This document shows positions 36,915 through 49,904 of a stretch of 64,000 nucleotides of DNA, in pieces (the first letter of the stretch is position 1; every line of letters starts with the position of its first letter). Both the position numbers and the translations under genes were made by a program. The DNA lies in assembly GCA_029717555.1 (NCBI GenBank), contig JAMDHS010000067.1:1-64000 (forward strand), read 5' to 3'. Below the pieces are notes generated by a model. That model was given only the letters and a program-made list of their open reading frames with translations. It did not search any database and was not told where the DNA came from. Source of the DNA: Peribolospora baueri. Taxonomy: Eukaryota.

Positions 36915-39236
36915 ACAGCTCCGTATAAAAGAATGTTGAAACCACCAGAGGCGGGAGACGTGTTGACTGCCGAGTGATACTGGTGGTGTCGTCCGAGGGA
37001 CGGTGACTCTTGATGAGCTCTGTGATGAACACAGCAACGAGCTCATCATTGAACCATTCTCCCGGCTTAGCACGCCACAGAGAGTCAATTGAGGTTTGAA
37101 CCAGAGGCGGTGCTTGCGGGTCTGCCGAGAGAAGAAGAAAATGAGAGGAAACAAAAGTTATCCTTGGAGAAATCATAGTTCATCCGCCCTGTTCAGAATA
37201 AACCTTCTTACTTACCTCCACGTATTTTCCGTCTGCTTTGCTTTATCTTCTCCTCTGGCGCAATCTGACCCATCGAGGTCAACAAACTTGAAGACGTCTG
37301 AGGGTGGCAGTGAAGGTGACTTAGTGGGCAGAGTCCGTCCACCGTTGTGAGCAATGGCACCAGCCTCAATCACACCGTCCTTGGCCCTTGAGCGTGTCGT
37401 GAGTGCTCTCAGTGCCTTCGAGTGAGATGTGGAAGGTTCATGAGCATCTCGAGGCGGTGCCACCTGTATGAAAATAGGTCGTAAGTGAATGAGAAGTCAT
37501 ATCCAGCATAGAAACGAGAAAATGTGTGCGTGAGGTTCTATACTTACAATGGTGCCGGCAAAGATTCCTCCTAGCCAGTCGCCACGATCCAGGGTCTTCA
37601 CCAGGACGTCCCTGCTGAGGCCAGACTCGCTACCACGGTAACCATCAAACAGATCTTGAAGTCTCTTCTTGACCGTTGTGATTTCCCTTGGAAGTAGCTC
37701 ATTGACAGCCAAGGAGGCCCTGGACGGCTTTTTGCTCGATAAGGACGGCAAGAAGCTTGTCGTCCATTTTGCCGCTAGGGCGCCCGTGACTGAAGCGTAG
37801 AGTAGCGGATGCGATGCGGTACGGACGGATGGAAGAGCGTGGAAAGGGAAGACACGGCTCCGCGGTAGTCGAGTCGCGGGGGCGACCCGTTCTGCTGCTG
37901 GTGTTACTGCTCATGTCCGTCTCTCTGCCCGAATGCTGAAGCGTACCTTTGCTCGCTTTGATTCGCTTCGATTCGATTCGATTCGGGTTAGAGAGGCCGA
38001 AGAGCTGCAAACAGTGCTGTATAACATGCCCAGAATCCACATGAGTGTCGTTCTGCTGGTCAGCAATAACATGCCGTTCTGCTGACCAGATGGCAAGCTG
38101 TTGAACGAGAAAACCCAAAAATAAATAAATGAGCGACTCATTTTCGACGGTAGTATCACGAGCAGACACCCACCTCACCATGTAACAGTCGGATGTCATT
38201 TCGTAGACAGCACGCGAGAAGGCGTCGAGCGTCTCCTTGGCATCAATAGATGCCACTTTCAGGGTATCATATCGCACACGACTGCCGTTGATGTCGTGGA
38301 CGATGCATTGATAGTGAAAGTTCTCGTACTCAATGAAGATAAAACGGGTTGCCAAATCCTTGCTTGAGTTGAGTGCGACATCACGCAAATACACTAGCTC
38401 TGTCTCTGCCATGTTGGCTGGCCATGGGTCGTGCTGTAAAATAAAGTGAAGTACGGGAATAAATGAGTATCAGACAAGCCTAACGAGAGTGGCCTTAAGA
38501 ATGAAACGGCAAACTCACTGGCTATCTTTGAGCACACTGCCGGATCTGTGACTCGAACCCTTGAGAAGTAGGACCAATGGCAACAATTCTAAGTCCCAAA
38601 GTGCATGACAGCTCGTCCAGAAGGTCGCAGAATCGTTGGACTTCTTCTACCCTCATAGCGTAGCTCTGCCACCACCGCTCGTAGTTGCGAGTCATGATGG
38701 CCGCGTCCTCTTGTAAGGCAATATGCTCGTCCGAGGACTGGTGTCGGTGGGCCGAAGGGACAGGGGTGATTTCAAGCCGGCCTATGCCTGGAGGCCTACC
38801 TCCGACTCCATCCCAGCTACCACCGACACGACAGAGAAGGCTGTTCGTGTATTTTGGCACTGGACCACCTTTGGCATTTAAAATGGCCTTGTCCTTGTAA
38901 CGACGATGCTGAAGAGGTTTTCTCCGGCTCGAGCCACCACGTCCTGAAGAACCTAGGTTGAGAGCCAAATCCAGAAAGGACGAACCTGAACACACAGCAT
39001 GAAAAGGTCCAGGGCCTCACAGTGGCCCTTTGTCTAAAGACAGGCCCTGGCAAAGAAGATGGATAGCACCACTCACTGTGAGCCTGTTGAAATGTCTTGC
39101 GGGCCCTAGGTGTCGACAGAAATGCCGAGTCGGAAGACGCAATTCTGCGGACCATCATCTCTCGAGACGTGGACGGAGCCCTCCGCCGATGATGAGACGC
39201 AGCCGTGCTAAGAAGGTCCGGCGCGCCCGGTTGACC
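36913..39236 (-). pseudogene. Transposon-derived fragment with tandem Ulp1/C48-like peptidase domains
   Basis: FHYQCIVHDINGSRVRYDTL...QQNDTHVDSG resembles the C48 H..D..YDSL..QQN..DCG pattern. A second domain start, GEWFNDELVAVFI...VSTFFYTEL, is cut off at 36913. Lower GC than neighbouring genes. Confidence 0.65.
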
Positions 39237-39251
39237 GCCCCCCAATCCGCG

Positions 39252-39335
39252 ATCCCCGCCTCTCTTCCCAGAATTCCTACCTCCTCTCCCAGAATCCCCG
39301 CCTCTTTTCCCATAGTCCCCGCCTCTTTTCCCTCA
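39252..39335 (+). repeat. Four 21-bp tandem units (ATCCCCGCCTCTTTTCCCAGA consensus)
   Basis: Units at 39252, 39273, 39294 and 39315; share AATCCCCGCCTC with the 36903 unit. Confidence 0.85.
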
Positions 39336-39479
39336 ACCCCCCGATCCTCACCTCTCATTCTTTTAGATCATTTACGACTCTTCCCTGCAAACCTATCATC
39401 CTCTTTTCCTACCGTGAACTGCCTGCTTCCTCCAAATGAATGGCTCGCTTTTTTTCGGCTCCTGGCCAGCAATCAAAGA

Positions 39480-40805
39480 TATAGATGCTGAAGCAAGGTG
39501 GCTGTAGGATCCCGAAGATTTATCTGTACGTGTCTCTCGACTCTCCGCTTGGACGAGGTTTTTTCTGGTATCTTGCCTACTTATTCAATTTGCTTGTCTG
39601 GCTGTGCAGTTACTCTCCTCATGATGAGAGTGCCATCCCTCCAACTTCCTTTCGGGACAATTCCATATTCTCTTGACTGTCTTGTCCTCTACTCGGGTCA
39701 TCACGGCATTGGGCTGGATTCTTCATGGCGTCACAAGAATGAGGCTCGGGCGCCAGTGACTTTTCTGACCACGATTTCTGATATGAGGAGGATGGTACCA
39801 GGTTAGCTGAATTCCTCTGTTTTGGTATTTTTAGGTACGCGCTGATCTGTCGCCCCTACTCTTATAACAGGAGCAGTCATGATATCTGCTGATATCCAAG
39901 CACGCACACTCGAGGATTTCCTACGTGCGACTGCAGACCGAGTGACTGCACGTGCTCGTGTTCTGCTTGCAGGTGAACTTTTTCTGTCTTGGAACGTATT
40001 TGAGTTTGATGGGCCCTCTTGATGGTATTTCTAACCGTCTCCACCTTTTCATGGAACAATGTTTTTTTTTTTTTCAGATCCTTCCAAGTGTCAGGTGAAG
40101 GGTATATCTCAAGAGGAGATTGTCAAGAGAGCACAGCCATTTGCCGCGAAAGGCTGGATGCCTGGACATGCCATGATCGACAAAGATCAAGCAGAATACA
40201 ATGCTCTTCGCAGAAGTAAGTGTCCCTTCAGTGCCATGTCTAGAAATACAAGTCCTCATCACACTGATGACTTCGTCTTCCTCAGTTTTTGGGTTAGGGT
40301 TTCCCATTCGCCTTTGCAATTTCATGTTATTCAGGCGAGCACAGTAATCAGATAATGTTAAACCCGGAAACGACCATACAGAAGCAAGCAACAAATACTA
40401 CGTGAGACTCACCCAGCCATGGGTCGGCGAACCAGTTGACCTCAAAATACTTGGATATGACTTGAAAGTCACTGTGTTTGCCAAGGTCGCTGAGAATTGC
40501 ACTCAAAGCTGCAAAGAATTCTTCTTCCTTGCCAGGCAGTTCCTCTCGTGTCCGACAACGCTGAGCCTTGCGAAAAGCAAAGAGAATCTTCGCCTTGGCC
40601 TGATCTTAAAATGGTTGAAAATTGCGCTTCTTGCGGGTGTCGACAGTGTCTTCTATGACACAGAGAGCTGGACCGATATCGGTCTACCAAAAGGACGTGT
40701 ACGAGATTTTAGTCTTTCCACCAATAACTACACGGAGGCTGCCTTCAAGACTTTCGTGTGATTTTTGTTTTCAAAACGTGGTGCAGGCTTTCGAGCGAAC
40801 AAGGT
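39480..40805 (+). mobile_element. Degenerate Mutator-like (MULE) DDE transposase fragment with frameshifts and an inverted internal exon
   Basis: GLDSSWRHKNEARAPVTF (D at 39717), ISADIQARTLEDFL, HAMIDKDQAEYNALR (D at 40179), IRLC/QFH (CxxH broken by a 1-nt deletion), TNNYTEAAFKTF (E at 40735). Confidence 0.8.
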
Positions 40806-40959
40806 CATGGTGACGAGATGTTGTTTGTTTTAGTCTTGACCGCTTGGTTGGGATTATTGTAAATGAATTTCTAAGGGAAGGGAAGGGAAGAAAGGTAAAC
40901 GCGGACGGCCGCGCCGACGTGACGTGAGTCTCGAAGATGGATGGGCGGCGCTTGCGACC

Positions 40960-43380
40960 TTAAGAGTGGCCCATGATGGCTGCGTCGACATGAGGCAGGG
41001 AGGATACGAGCGAAGCGACACGATGGGTTGCAGCGATCAGCGAACGATCTGCCAATGCGTCTTGTCTCGTACATTTGATACGGACGCAGCACGATCGAAA
41101 GGACGGCGGAAGGACGTAAGGACGCAACGGGTCGGAATCAAACTCACACCTAGGTTGGTAAGGCTCGTCGATCCAAGCCACCTCTTCCGGCGTGAGCTGA
41201 ACGTGCACAGCGTCTGGCCGTCGGTCGGTCGTCGGGTGGGGTGGGGCGACGTGGCGAATGCGGGGTTATGACGGATGGGCAGAACAATAGGTAGTCGTGG
41301 CAGATAGGGGTGTCAGCGATAGAGAAACGCTTGTCCGTGCCCCCAACCGACCGGTTAAACCTCTACCCAGGACCGTTGAACCGATGCAAACGCTCGAAAG
41401 TGAAAAACGGGACGAAGACGATGGAAGGACGCACCGATGAGCTCCATGAGCCTGTCCAAATTGGTGCTGCCGATAATCGGAGCGGTGATAAAGGGCTTGG
41501 AGAGCGACCAGGCGAGGCCAACCTGCGCCATGGAGAGGTTGCGCTTCTTGGCGATCGCTTCGACGCTGTTGGGATGCGTTGAAGGCGATGTATGGGAGAC
41601 GAGACGGGAGTACGCCGCGTGAGCAAGATGCCAGCGCTCGATAGATGGGCCGCGAGCGGACCGCCCAGCGGCGGCCAGAGCATCGGTCTAGAAGCGACGG
41701 ATGAGGGGAGCGGAAGCAAAGGCAGCTACGCACCGCCTGTTGATCTCGTTCGAAGCGTCGCTCTCGCCCACGAAGCGCTTGAAGTTGCGGTCCGTCTGGC
41801 TCCTTGTCGTCTGCTCGCCCGCCGGACGGCCGAGGAAGCCGCGGGCGAGAGGGGACCAGTTGATGGCGCCGACGCCAAAGTGCTGAGATGTGGGAAAAGG
41901 CAGAGAACGTGGATCACGGTCAGCGAAATGTGGGGTCTTTGTGCGAGAAAGCGAAGAAGGGAGGAGAGGAGAAGCGAATACGAACCTCGAGGGTGAGGAA
42001 CATCTCCCTCTCCTCTTCGCGGTAGATGGGGTTGTAGAAGTTTTGCATGGAGCTGTGGCGGGGAGGTCGACGGATTGGATGGGTGAGGTGAAACGACGGA
42101 AGACGGAAGACGGAAGGGAAAGGTCGACTCACATGAACGGCGTCAGGCGGTTCTGGATGGCATAGTTCTGCATGTGGCTAAACTGGCTGGAGCCGGCGAG
42201 TCGATGGAAAACCTAATGGTCAGCCTTGTGTCCCTGTTCATCCCCCGCCGCCCGCCCATGTTGGTCGGTCCCAAGCCGTGCACGATGGTGCCGTGTGAAG
42301 AAAAAAAAGAAAGGAGGAAAAAAGAGGAGAGGAACACGCACTAGGCATAGCAAGAGCTCATGCCGATGTACCTCGCATACCCGGCCTTGACGACGTCGTG
42401 GAGCGCCTGCATGGTCTCCTCGATGGGCGTCTCCTTGTCGAAGCGGTGGCATTGGAGGACGTCGACGTAGTCTAGCTGGAGGCGCTCGAGGGACCCACGG
42501 ATGGCTTCAAAGATGTGCTGGACAGGTTTGGAGGAGAGGCGTTAGGGTTGGCTCTTGCCGGCGCTCGCAGTTCGGAGAGGCAAGAGGTGGGAGGGCGTGC
42601 ACTCCAAACTCGAGCGCGAGTCGGGCGCCCGTTTGTCCCACCCACCTTGCGGTTCAGACCCCTACCATTGCCCCACTTGGGATCGTTAGGGTCCTGTATT
42701 CCCTTGCTGCCTTGCTCGAAGGGGAAGAAAACCTTGGTCAGGACGACGAACTTTTCGCGAGGTATGTTGAGCTGCTTGAGCGCCTTGCCGAGGACGACTT
42801 CTGACTGGCCGTTGGAGTACTGTCGGCGGCGGTGGCGGCGGGGGAAGAGCAATAGAGAAGAGGGGAAAAAAAGTAGAGAGAGATGAGCGATGGGAAGAAG
42901 ACAAGCGGGTCGGAGCGCGGTGCGGCACAGGAGGAGCACGCACGGAATCAGCGGTGTCGAAGGTGTTGATTCCCGCTTCCCATGCGCCCTTGATGTGCTT
43001 GATACCCTCGGCCTCGTCAAGGACCCTGCATTCGTGCGGCCGTCGGATAGAACGGGAGCGAGGACGACGAATGACAGCGATGACACACTTGTCGTGAGCG
43101 ACGACCAGGGACTAGATCCCCATCTCCTCTCCTCTCTAGTCGTAAACGAAAAGCCTCACCAGTCCTGCCACTTACTGGAGCCATACGACCTGCGCCGGGC
43201 ATAACAGTGGAGGCAAGGGCAGAAGACATGAGAAGGACACTGGTGCCTCCTTCGGCATGACGACGGTGTGGAAACGGCGGGGGACGAGGGGACTCACATG
43301 CAGCCAAGGATGACCCTGCTGACCTTGAGGCCGGATTTGCCGAGCCTGACGAAAGGAATGGGCGGAGCGGAGGCGGACAT
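40960..43380 (-). CDS. Aldo-keto reductase (aryl-alcohol dehydrogenase-like)
   Basis: [101 protein letters not shown]. Confidence 0.93.
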
Positions 43381-44155
43381 GGTGCGTTTGCGTCTTCCTG
43401 ACGACAGGATGGAGACAGGAGCAGCGGTGGGCAGTTAGTTATGGTGATTGAGAAGGAGAGGAGGGAGTGGAGGGGGCGGACGTGAGAGGATCGCGGGTGA
43501 CTAATCAGGGGATCTGATCTGGTCCCGATCAGATCTTCTGTCTCTCACTCCGGACCTCCACAGACGATCGGTTAAGCAGCACGTGCCGACGTCAGGACAG
43601 CCGCGGCCGCAGTAGACGCCGCAGCCGCGATCGACGTCTCCCGGAACCGTCGTGACAGATGCCTGCGCGTGAGCCCGCCGCAGCAGCGCCTTGATTTGAC
43701 GACTGAAGCGGGGACGCCGACGCGGACGCCGATGGACTCCGTCGTCCAAGTCGATCGTCGCTTGCTCCACGGCGCTCGTCGCGCTACATGTAGCTTCTTT
43801 CCCTCCATTGGGCGTCCCAGTCTGACAGACGCCGTCTCTCCGGGTGTACTGTCCAGCTCCACCAGCGCCAACGGCGGCGCGGGCTCGACCGGCTCGACCG
43901 ACTCGACCGGCGCCCATGTCGCCCCGCTGCCCGCTCGGCGGTCGGCGCAAAGAGCGAGCCGAGCCGGAGATGCCCTGTGGGGAGGCGGGGTTGCCGTATG
44001 AGCCACCGACGTCTTCCGGCGTTTCTCCTCGCCGCCATCGTCCGAGGTCGACAAGGCAAGGCTTTTAAACCGCAACCACGACCACGGCCACGACCACGGC
44101 CACGACCACGCCGAGTGGAAGCAACACAAAGAAATAATCCCCTCCACCGCTCACC

Positions 44156-47100
44156 ATGGTCATCCCGCCCTCGTCCCTCCTCACCCGCCTCCAGGCCTAC
44201 ACCCCCCCGCCCTCCTCTCTCCCACCGCCCAACCCCGTCCTCCGCCTCTCCCTCCCACCCATCAATGGCACCACCGGCGACAAGGCATGGCCCATGAACT
44301 ACACCCCCCTCAACCCCGTCAACTTCATCCTCCGCGCCGCTCTCATCAAGCCAAAGCAGTGGGCCGTCGTCAACGCCGACAAGGGGTGGGGCGTCACCTA
44401 CGACGTCTGGTGAGTCCACGCGCCCACCTCGGCTTGTGTGGGGCGATCGGATGGGACCGGGTGGATGGATGGATGGATGGATGGATGGACGGGTGGATGG
44501 GCTTGGTTAACGTCGGGCCCCGCTCCTCTCATCTCCCTCCCCCACCCCGCTCAGGGCGCAACGTGTCCAAAACCTCGCCTACGCCCTTCTCTCCATCGGC
44601 CTCAGGCCCGGCGATCGCGTCGCCGTCATCTCTCCCAACGCGCCCCTCATCGCCGACGCTCATTACGGTGTCTTGGCCGCCAAGGGCGTCATCACACCTC
44701 TCAAGTGAGTCTCTTTGCGGCGGGGAGAAGGCATGGCGCGGGAGCCTCGCCGACCCAGCTCGGCCCAGAAACTGACCCAACTCGCGTCTCCGCTCCGCCG
44801 CTCTCTCCCTTTTCCCGCCACTCCCTCCTCCCAGCATCCGCAACTCCCCCGCGGAGATTGCTTACATCCTCTCCCACTCCGGCGCCCGCTTTGTTCTCTG
44901 CGACTCCGAGTTTGCCCACCTCCTCCCCTCCACCACCGCCGCTGGCTCCGCCTTCCGAGACCTGCAGATCATCATCTCCAATGACTCCGGCGGACGAGAC
45001 CCCACGGACGATTACGAGAGGTTCTTGGACGCCGGCAGAAAGTTCAGCCGCGGGAGGGGCTGGGAGGGTCTCGAGAGCGTCCGGGACGAGACCGATCCTT
45101 GTGCGCTTTGTTACACGTCGGTGAGAAGACCCGCGGTTGTCCAGGACGCCAAGGCAGAGTTGAGGGAGAGGCTCCTGTGCACCGCTCACTCCTCTTTCAT
45201 TCCTCGTTTCATCTGCGCTTTTGGTCGCTTTTCTTCTCTTTGTGCTCGCCCCTGCGGCTGCCGTCACTTCCATTCCAGGGAACGACAGGTCGTCCCAAGG
45301 GAGTGATCACGACCTTCCGAGGAAGCTATCTGGCTGCGTGAGTCGATGCCTCCCCCGTGCCCCCCACTCCTCCACGTTATCTCCACTGCTCTGGCCCTCT
45401 TCCTTCTCTTCCATTGACCGCCCGGCCCCATCGAAAACACCGCCATATAACACGTCTCGTTCTCACAGCGTAGCAAACGCCTTCGAAGCTGGCATAACCT
45501 CCACCTCTGTCTACCTATGGGTCCTCCCCTTGTTCCACGCCTGCGGCTGGACCTTCCCCTGGGCCGTCACCGCTGCCCTCGGTACGCACATGACGGCTCG
45601 CAAGGTCGATTATGACCAGCTCTGGAAGCTCTTCTTGGAGGGCGGCGTCACGCATTATTGTGGCGCTCCGACGGTGCGTTGCCAATCTTGATCCCGGGCT
45701 GGCAAGGTCTTGTGCGCGCCCTGACCACGCGGGACTCACTCCACTTCGCTCTACTCTCTCGGTCCGTTGCCTTTGTTTCTTGCTCCCAGGTCCAAATCGG
45801 GATCGTCAACCACCCCCTTGCCCGCCGCCTCCCCAACCCCGTTTTCGTTACCATCGCCGCCTCCGCCCCCACCGCTCATCTCCTGGGCAAGCTTGAGGCG
45901 CTCAACCTCATCCCGGTCCATGTCTACGGCCTCACCGAGACGTACGGGCCCATCACGCGCAGATACTCCGAGCCTGAGTGGGCCAGTTTGTCGTTGGACG
46001 AGAGGGCCCGCCTGCAGGCCAGGCAGGGCCATGGGTGAGTTAGGACCGATCGTGGGCGCGCTTCGGGGAAATGAGAAATACGAGCTCACCCTTTTACCGA
46101 CGCCTTGCCTCCTTTTTTCCCCCGCATGGATCCAGTTTCCTGACCGCTGATGAGGTCCGCGTGGTTAAGCCCTCGGACGACCCCGACGCCCCCTTGGTCG
46201 ACGTCAAGCGAGACGGCAAGGAGCTGGGCGAGATTGTGATGCGCGGCAACATCGTCATGAAGGAGTACTACTGCGACAACAAGGCCACACGCAAGGCGAG
46301 CAGGTGCGGTTGGTTCAGGAGCGGCGACTTGGCCGTCCGCCATCCCGGCGGGGAGATTCACATCCTCGATCGTGGCAAGGAGTAAGTCCTGTCGTCCTCC
46401 GTCTCCCGTCGCTCCTGGCCCAGAGCACACGTCAGCGGGCACGCCCACGTTTGTTCGCTCTCCCCGCACGCAACTGTAGCATCATCATCAGCGGAGGCGA
46501 GAACATCAGCTCTCTGGGTGAGCGAGCGGAGGTTTTTCTTTTAAAGCGTCTTGATGGCCTCGGACTCGGCTGACCGGACCGTCCTCTTTTCCTTCGCTTT
46601 TCGTCTCTTCACCTCCCTTCCTCCGTTTTTTCTCTCGTCTTTTACCCGACCCTGGTCGTCGGCATGCACCCGACTCTCCGCCTTCGCAGCCGTCGAAGCA
46701 GAGCTGGCCCGCCACCCCTCCGTACTCGAGTGCAGCGTCGTCGCGCGACGCCACCCAAAGTGGGGAGAGAAGCCGCATGCCTTCATCGTCCTTCACCAGT
46801 CACACAAAGACAAGTGTATCGCCAGGCCTGACGAATACGCCGCCGAGATCAAGGTGCTTGCCGCTTTTATCTCTCCTGTGTCCCTCACACACGCACACGC
46901 ATACACAGATCCATCGGCGAGCGCGGAGAGCATGACACAAGCGTGATCGATGACTCAATGGGCCTTTTTTCGCGTCTGTCGTCCGAATCCCGAACAGGCC
47001 TTTGTGCGCAAGTCGATGAGCGGTTTCGCAGTTCCGGAGGTGCGCGATCCATTCCTCCCTCTCTCGTCCCTTGGAGCCACTGCCACCAGTACTCACCTCT

Positions 47101-47394
47101 CTCCGTTCTTCCGTACGGACGGTCCGTCCGCCGTCCAACAGTGGGTGCAAATCGTGGATGAGTGCGTACCCACGCTGCCGGCGGCTCCACGACAGTCTCG
47201 TCGCGCGTATCCGTCTCCGTACACTGTCTCGTTCCGAACCTGACTGAGCCTCTCCTCTCCTCTCTCTTCTGGTCATGTCTTCCCCTCATTCCCTTCCACC
47301 CCTCTCCCCGGGCGATCCGCGTCTCAGACTGCCGAAAACGTCGACCGGCAAGCTCCAGAAGAACGTGCTTCGCGAACGCGTGTCGAAGCTCTGA
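44156..47394 (+). CDS. AMP-dependent acyl-CoA synthetase/ligase with C-terminal PTS1 (SKL)
   Basis: YTPLNPVNFILRAA, YTSGTTGRPKGV, LPLFHACGW, HVYGLTETYGP, GWFRSGDLAV, IIISGGENISS, PKTSTGKLQKNVLRERVSKL*. Confidence 0.95.
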
Positions 47395-47794
47395 CTTGGA
47401 AACCCACCTCCACCGCGGTCCGGCATGCGGTATCCTACGTAGGCCTCTCCCGCCCGACCGGACCGGACCGGATTGAGAGGGACCCGTTTTATAGATGCGT
47501 GCTGTATACCTCGCGTCACGCTCCTGTCTCTATAGAGTGATCTCCCAGCACACGCTGCATGTATGTCTCATAAACGATAGTGAACAACATAGGAATCGTT
47601 GATGGTTGGAGGAAAGCGTTATGGGCAAAAGAAGTGCCCAGTTTTTACGAACGCGACCGGCGACAATGCGTGTCCTTCTCGTCTTTTCCGGTATAACGAA
47701 CGCCACGTTACGATCGATCTTCACTTAACCTACCGGCCCGTGCCGAGAAGCCCTGGCCTGGCCATGAATGATGATTTTGTCCGGCACATCAAGC

Positions 47795-48806
47795 TCAAGC
47801 GACCATGCCTCCGTCAATGGCGATCTCGGAGCCAGTCATAAACGAGCTCTCATCGCTGCCCAAGAAGACCTGCGGACACGAACCCCATCGATGCGTACGT
47901 AAGCCGAGCCCGCGTTCTCCGGACGGAGCGCACCGCTCTTCGACCCATGTCACGTCGCCGAAAAGGTCCCAGCCCCGGCGGGGGCGCTCTCCACTTACCA
48001 CCAAGTTGCCGATCTCTTCGGAAGTGCCCAGCCTGCCCACCGGTGTGGCGGCGATGGCGACGCTTCGCTCGTCTCGTCCGGCATTGTCCATGAGGGGCGT
48101 CTCTATACCGCCGGGATGAATGGAGTTGACTGGAAAGGAGGAGGGGAGAGAGTCCGAAATCCGAGTCCTCGCTCAGCGCTCCCGGACCACTCGCCGCTCT
48201 CGTCCGTTCGTTTTCCATACTCCATCACATGTACACACCTCGTATGCCGCGAGATGCCCAGTCCCGAGCCATCGTCCTCGCAAAGCCTCGGACCGCCCAT
48301 TTGCTGAACACCGAGAAACGCTCGTCAGCGTTTCACGGGTCGCCTCTACGGGACGGGTGGGCGACCTGGTGGTATGGCACTCCACCGCCGGACTCACCTC
48401 ATAGCGTACGCTCCGTTGAGCGGGTGAGACTTGAGGCCGCCGACGGAAGAAGTGATGATCTGCGCCGCCGAGGAGAAGGTGTGGACAAGTATGTACGGAC
48501 GGAAGACGGAGAGCATCGAAGCGTGGAGTGGATCGCCGCGCTCACCACCGAGCTACCCGTTTTCAAATACGGCGAAGCGCTCTTGATTCCCAGCCAAACT
48601 GTCCCATGCCGAGATGGACATGCCAGGATCAACGTGGTTAGTTTTTTTTATTTTTTTTATTTCTCTGTTTCCAGATAGGACTGCGTGTGTGGGAACCCCG
48701 GTCGAACCATGACCCATTTATAGCTTCCTCACCTCCCTTGGCGTTCACGTCCATGATCCTATCATATTCCTCCTGCGCTCGGTCCATTCGGCAGTCAGTT
48801 TCTCCC

Positions 48807-48838
<32 letters not shown>

Positions 48839-49443
48839 GGCAGGTGCCGCCCGAGCGGTGCACGTATACACAGTCTCCTCACCTCCGTGTACTCTTCCAA
48901 CGGCTTGAACCCCACCATGATGCCGGCGTTCAAAAACAAAATGTCCAACGTGCCCCCCCACCTCTGTGCGGCCTCCTTCGTGGACCGTTCCACGTCTGCC
49001 GACTTGGAAACGTCCGCGACGACCGAGTGGACGCGGGAGCGCAGCAGCTCGCCGCCGTCGTCCGCGTCGGCACAGATGGCGGACTGGAGGGCTTGGAAGG
49101 CGCCGTCGAGCGCCCCAGCGGACTTGTCCACCATCGTCACGCCCCGAGCGCCAGCGAGGAGAATGGCCTTGACGGCGCCGAGACCGATGCCGCTGGCCGC
49201 GCCCTGATCCGACCGAACCGATTCGACGAGGAAATATGAGCGAGAACGCTTAACGGTTACAAGTTACGGACCGACCCGACCCGACCGGTGCGGGTGGAGA
49301 GCGAGAGAGCGACGAGTCAATGGTCGACAATCGTCTTTGACGCTCACCGTGACCACCGCCGACTTTCCCGCCAGCCTGCTGCTGTTGCCTTGGAGCGCTG
49401 CCGCGTTGGCTGGCGGAGCAGCAGTAGAGGAGGAGGAAGCCAT
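47795..49443 (-). CDS. Classical short-chain dehydrogenase/reductase
   Basis: TGAASGIG, LDILFLNAG, YAMSK (YxxxK across an intron), RVNSIHPGGIETP, FMTGSEIAIDGG. Confidence 0.93.
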
Positions 49444-49904
49444 GTCTGTACCAAGGGAGAGCGTTCGTTTGTGGAAGGGAAGGGAAGCGAATCGAATATC
49501 CCTCCCGTCCGTCCCTCGTCGTCGGTGATTTTCTCTATTCCAACGCAGACCGAGACCGAGCCCCGCAAGCGCCACGGCGGGATGAAGATCTCCGACTCCG
49601 CACTGACTGCGGCTGACATGAACGAGTAACGGTAATCATTATTGCATTTCCAGGTCGACACTTCCTCCGCCTCGACGGAATAATGACAGGGCGAGACGGA
49701 CGGTGAATAGACGATCGCACGAATAGCAGGGTACTAGGTACGTAGACAGGGCATGCGAGGACGTTCAGAGTGCGCCGGATGGACGGGGTGGGGTACCGCC
49801 CTTCCCTCCCCGCCCACACGGCCCGGCCAGGGAGGCCGTGGATGGAAGGAGAGTTGGGAATTCGTACAAAGGTATTAGTGAAAGGACAGGGGCCAGGGCC
49901 AGAC

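Noticed and set aside
39252..39335. CRISPR-like array
   Set aside because: Units are contiguous with no unique spacers, there are no cas genes, and the context is eukaryotic.
40402..40761. 119-aa plus-strand ORF as an independent gene
   Set aside because: It is a chimera of the antisense of the inverted transposase exon and the true TNNYTE exon.
44461..44500. (GGAT)n and similar microsatellites (also 5731-5760, 27497-27545, 61655-61686, 15270-15340)
   Set aside because: Ordinary slippage repeats in introns, intergenic DNA or a Gly/Glu-rich coding tract.
48810..48837. A28 run as a retroposon tail
   Set aside because: It is a poly-T tract inside an SDR intron on the coding strand, with no target duplication or element body.
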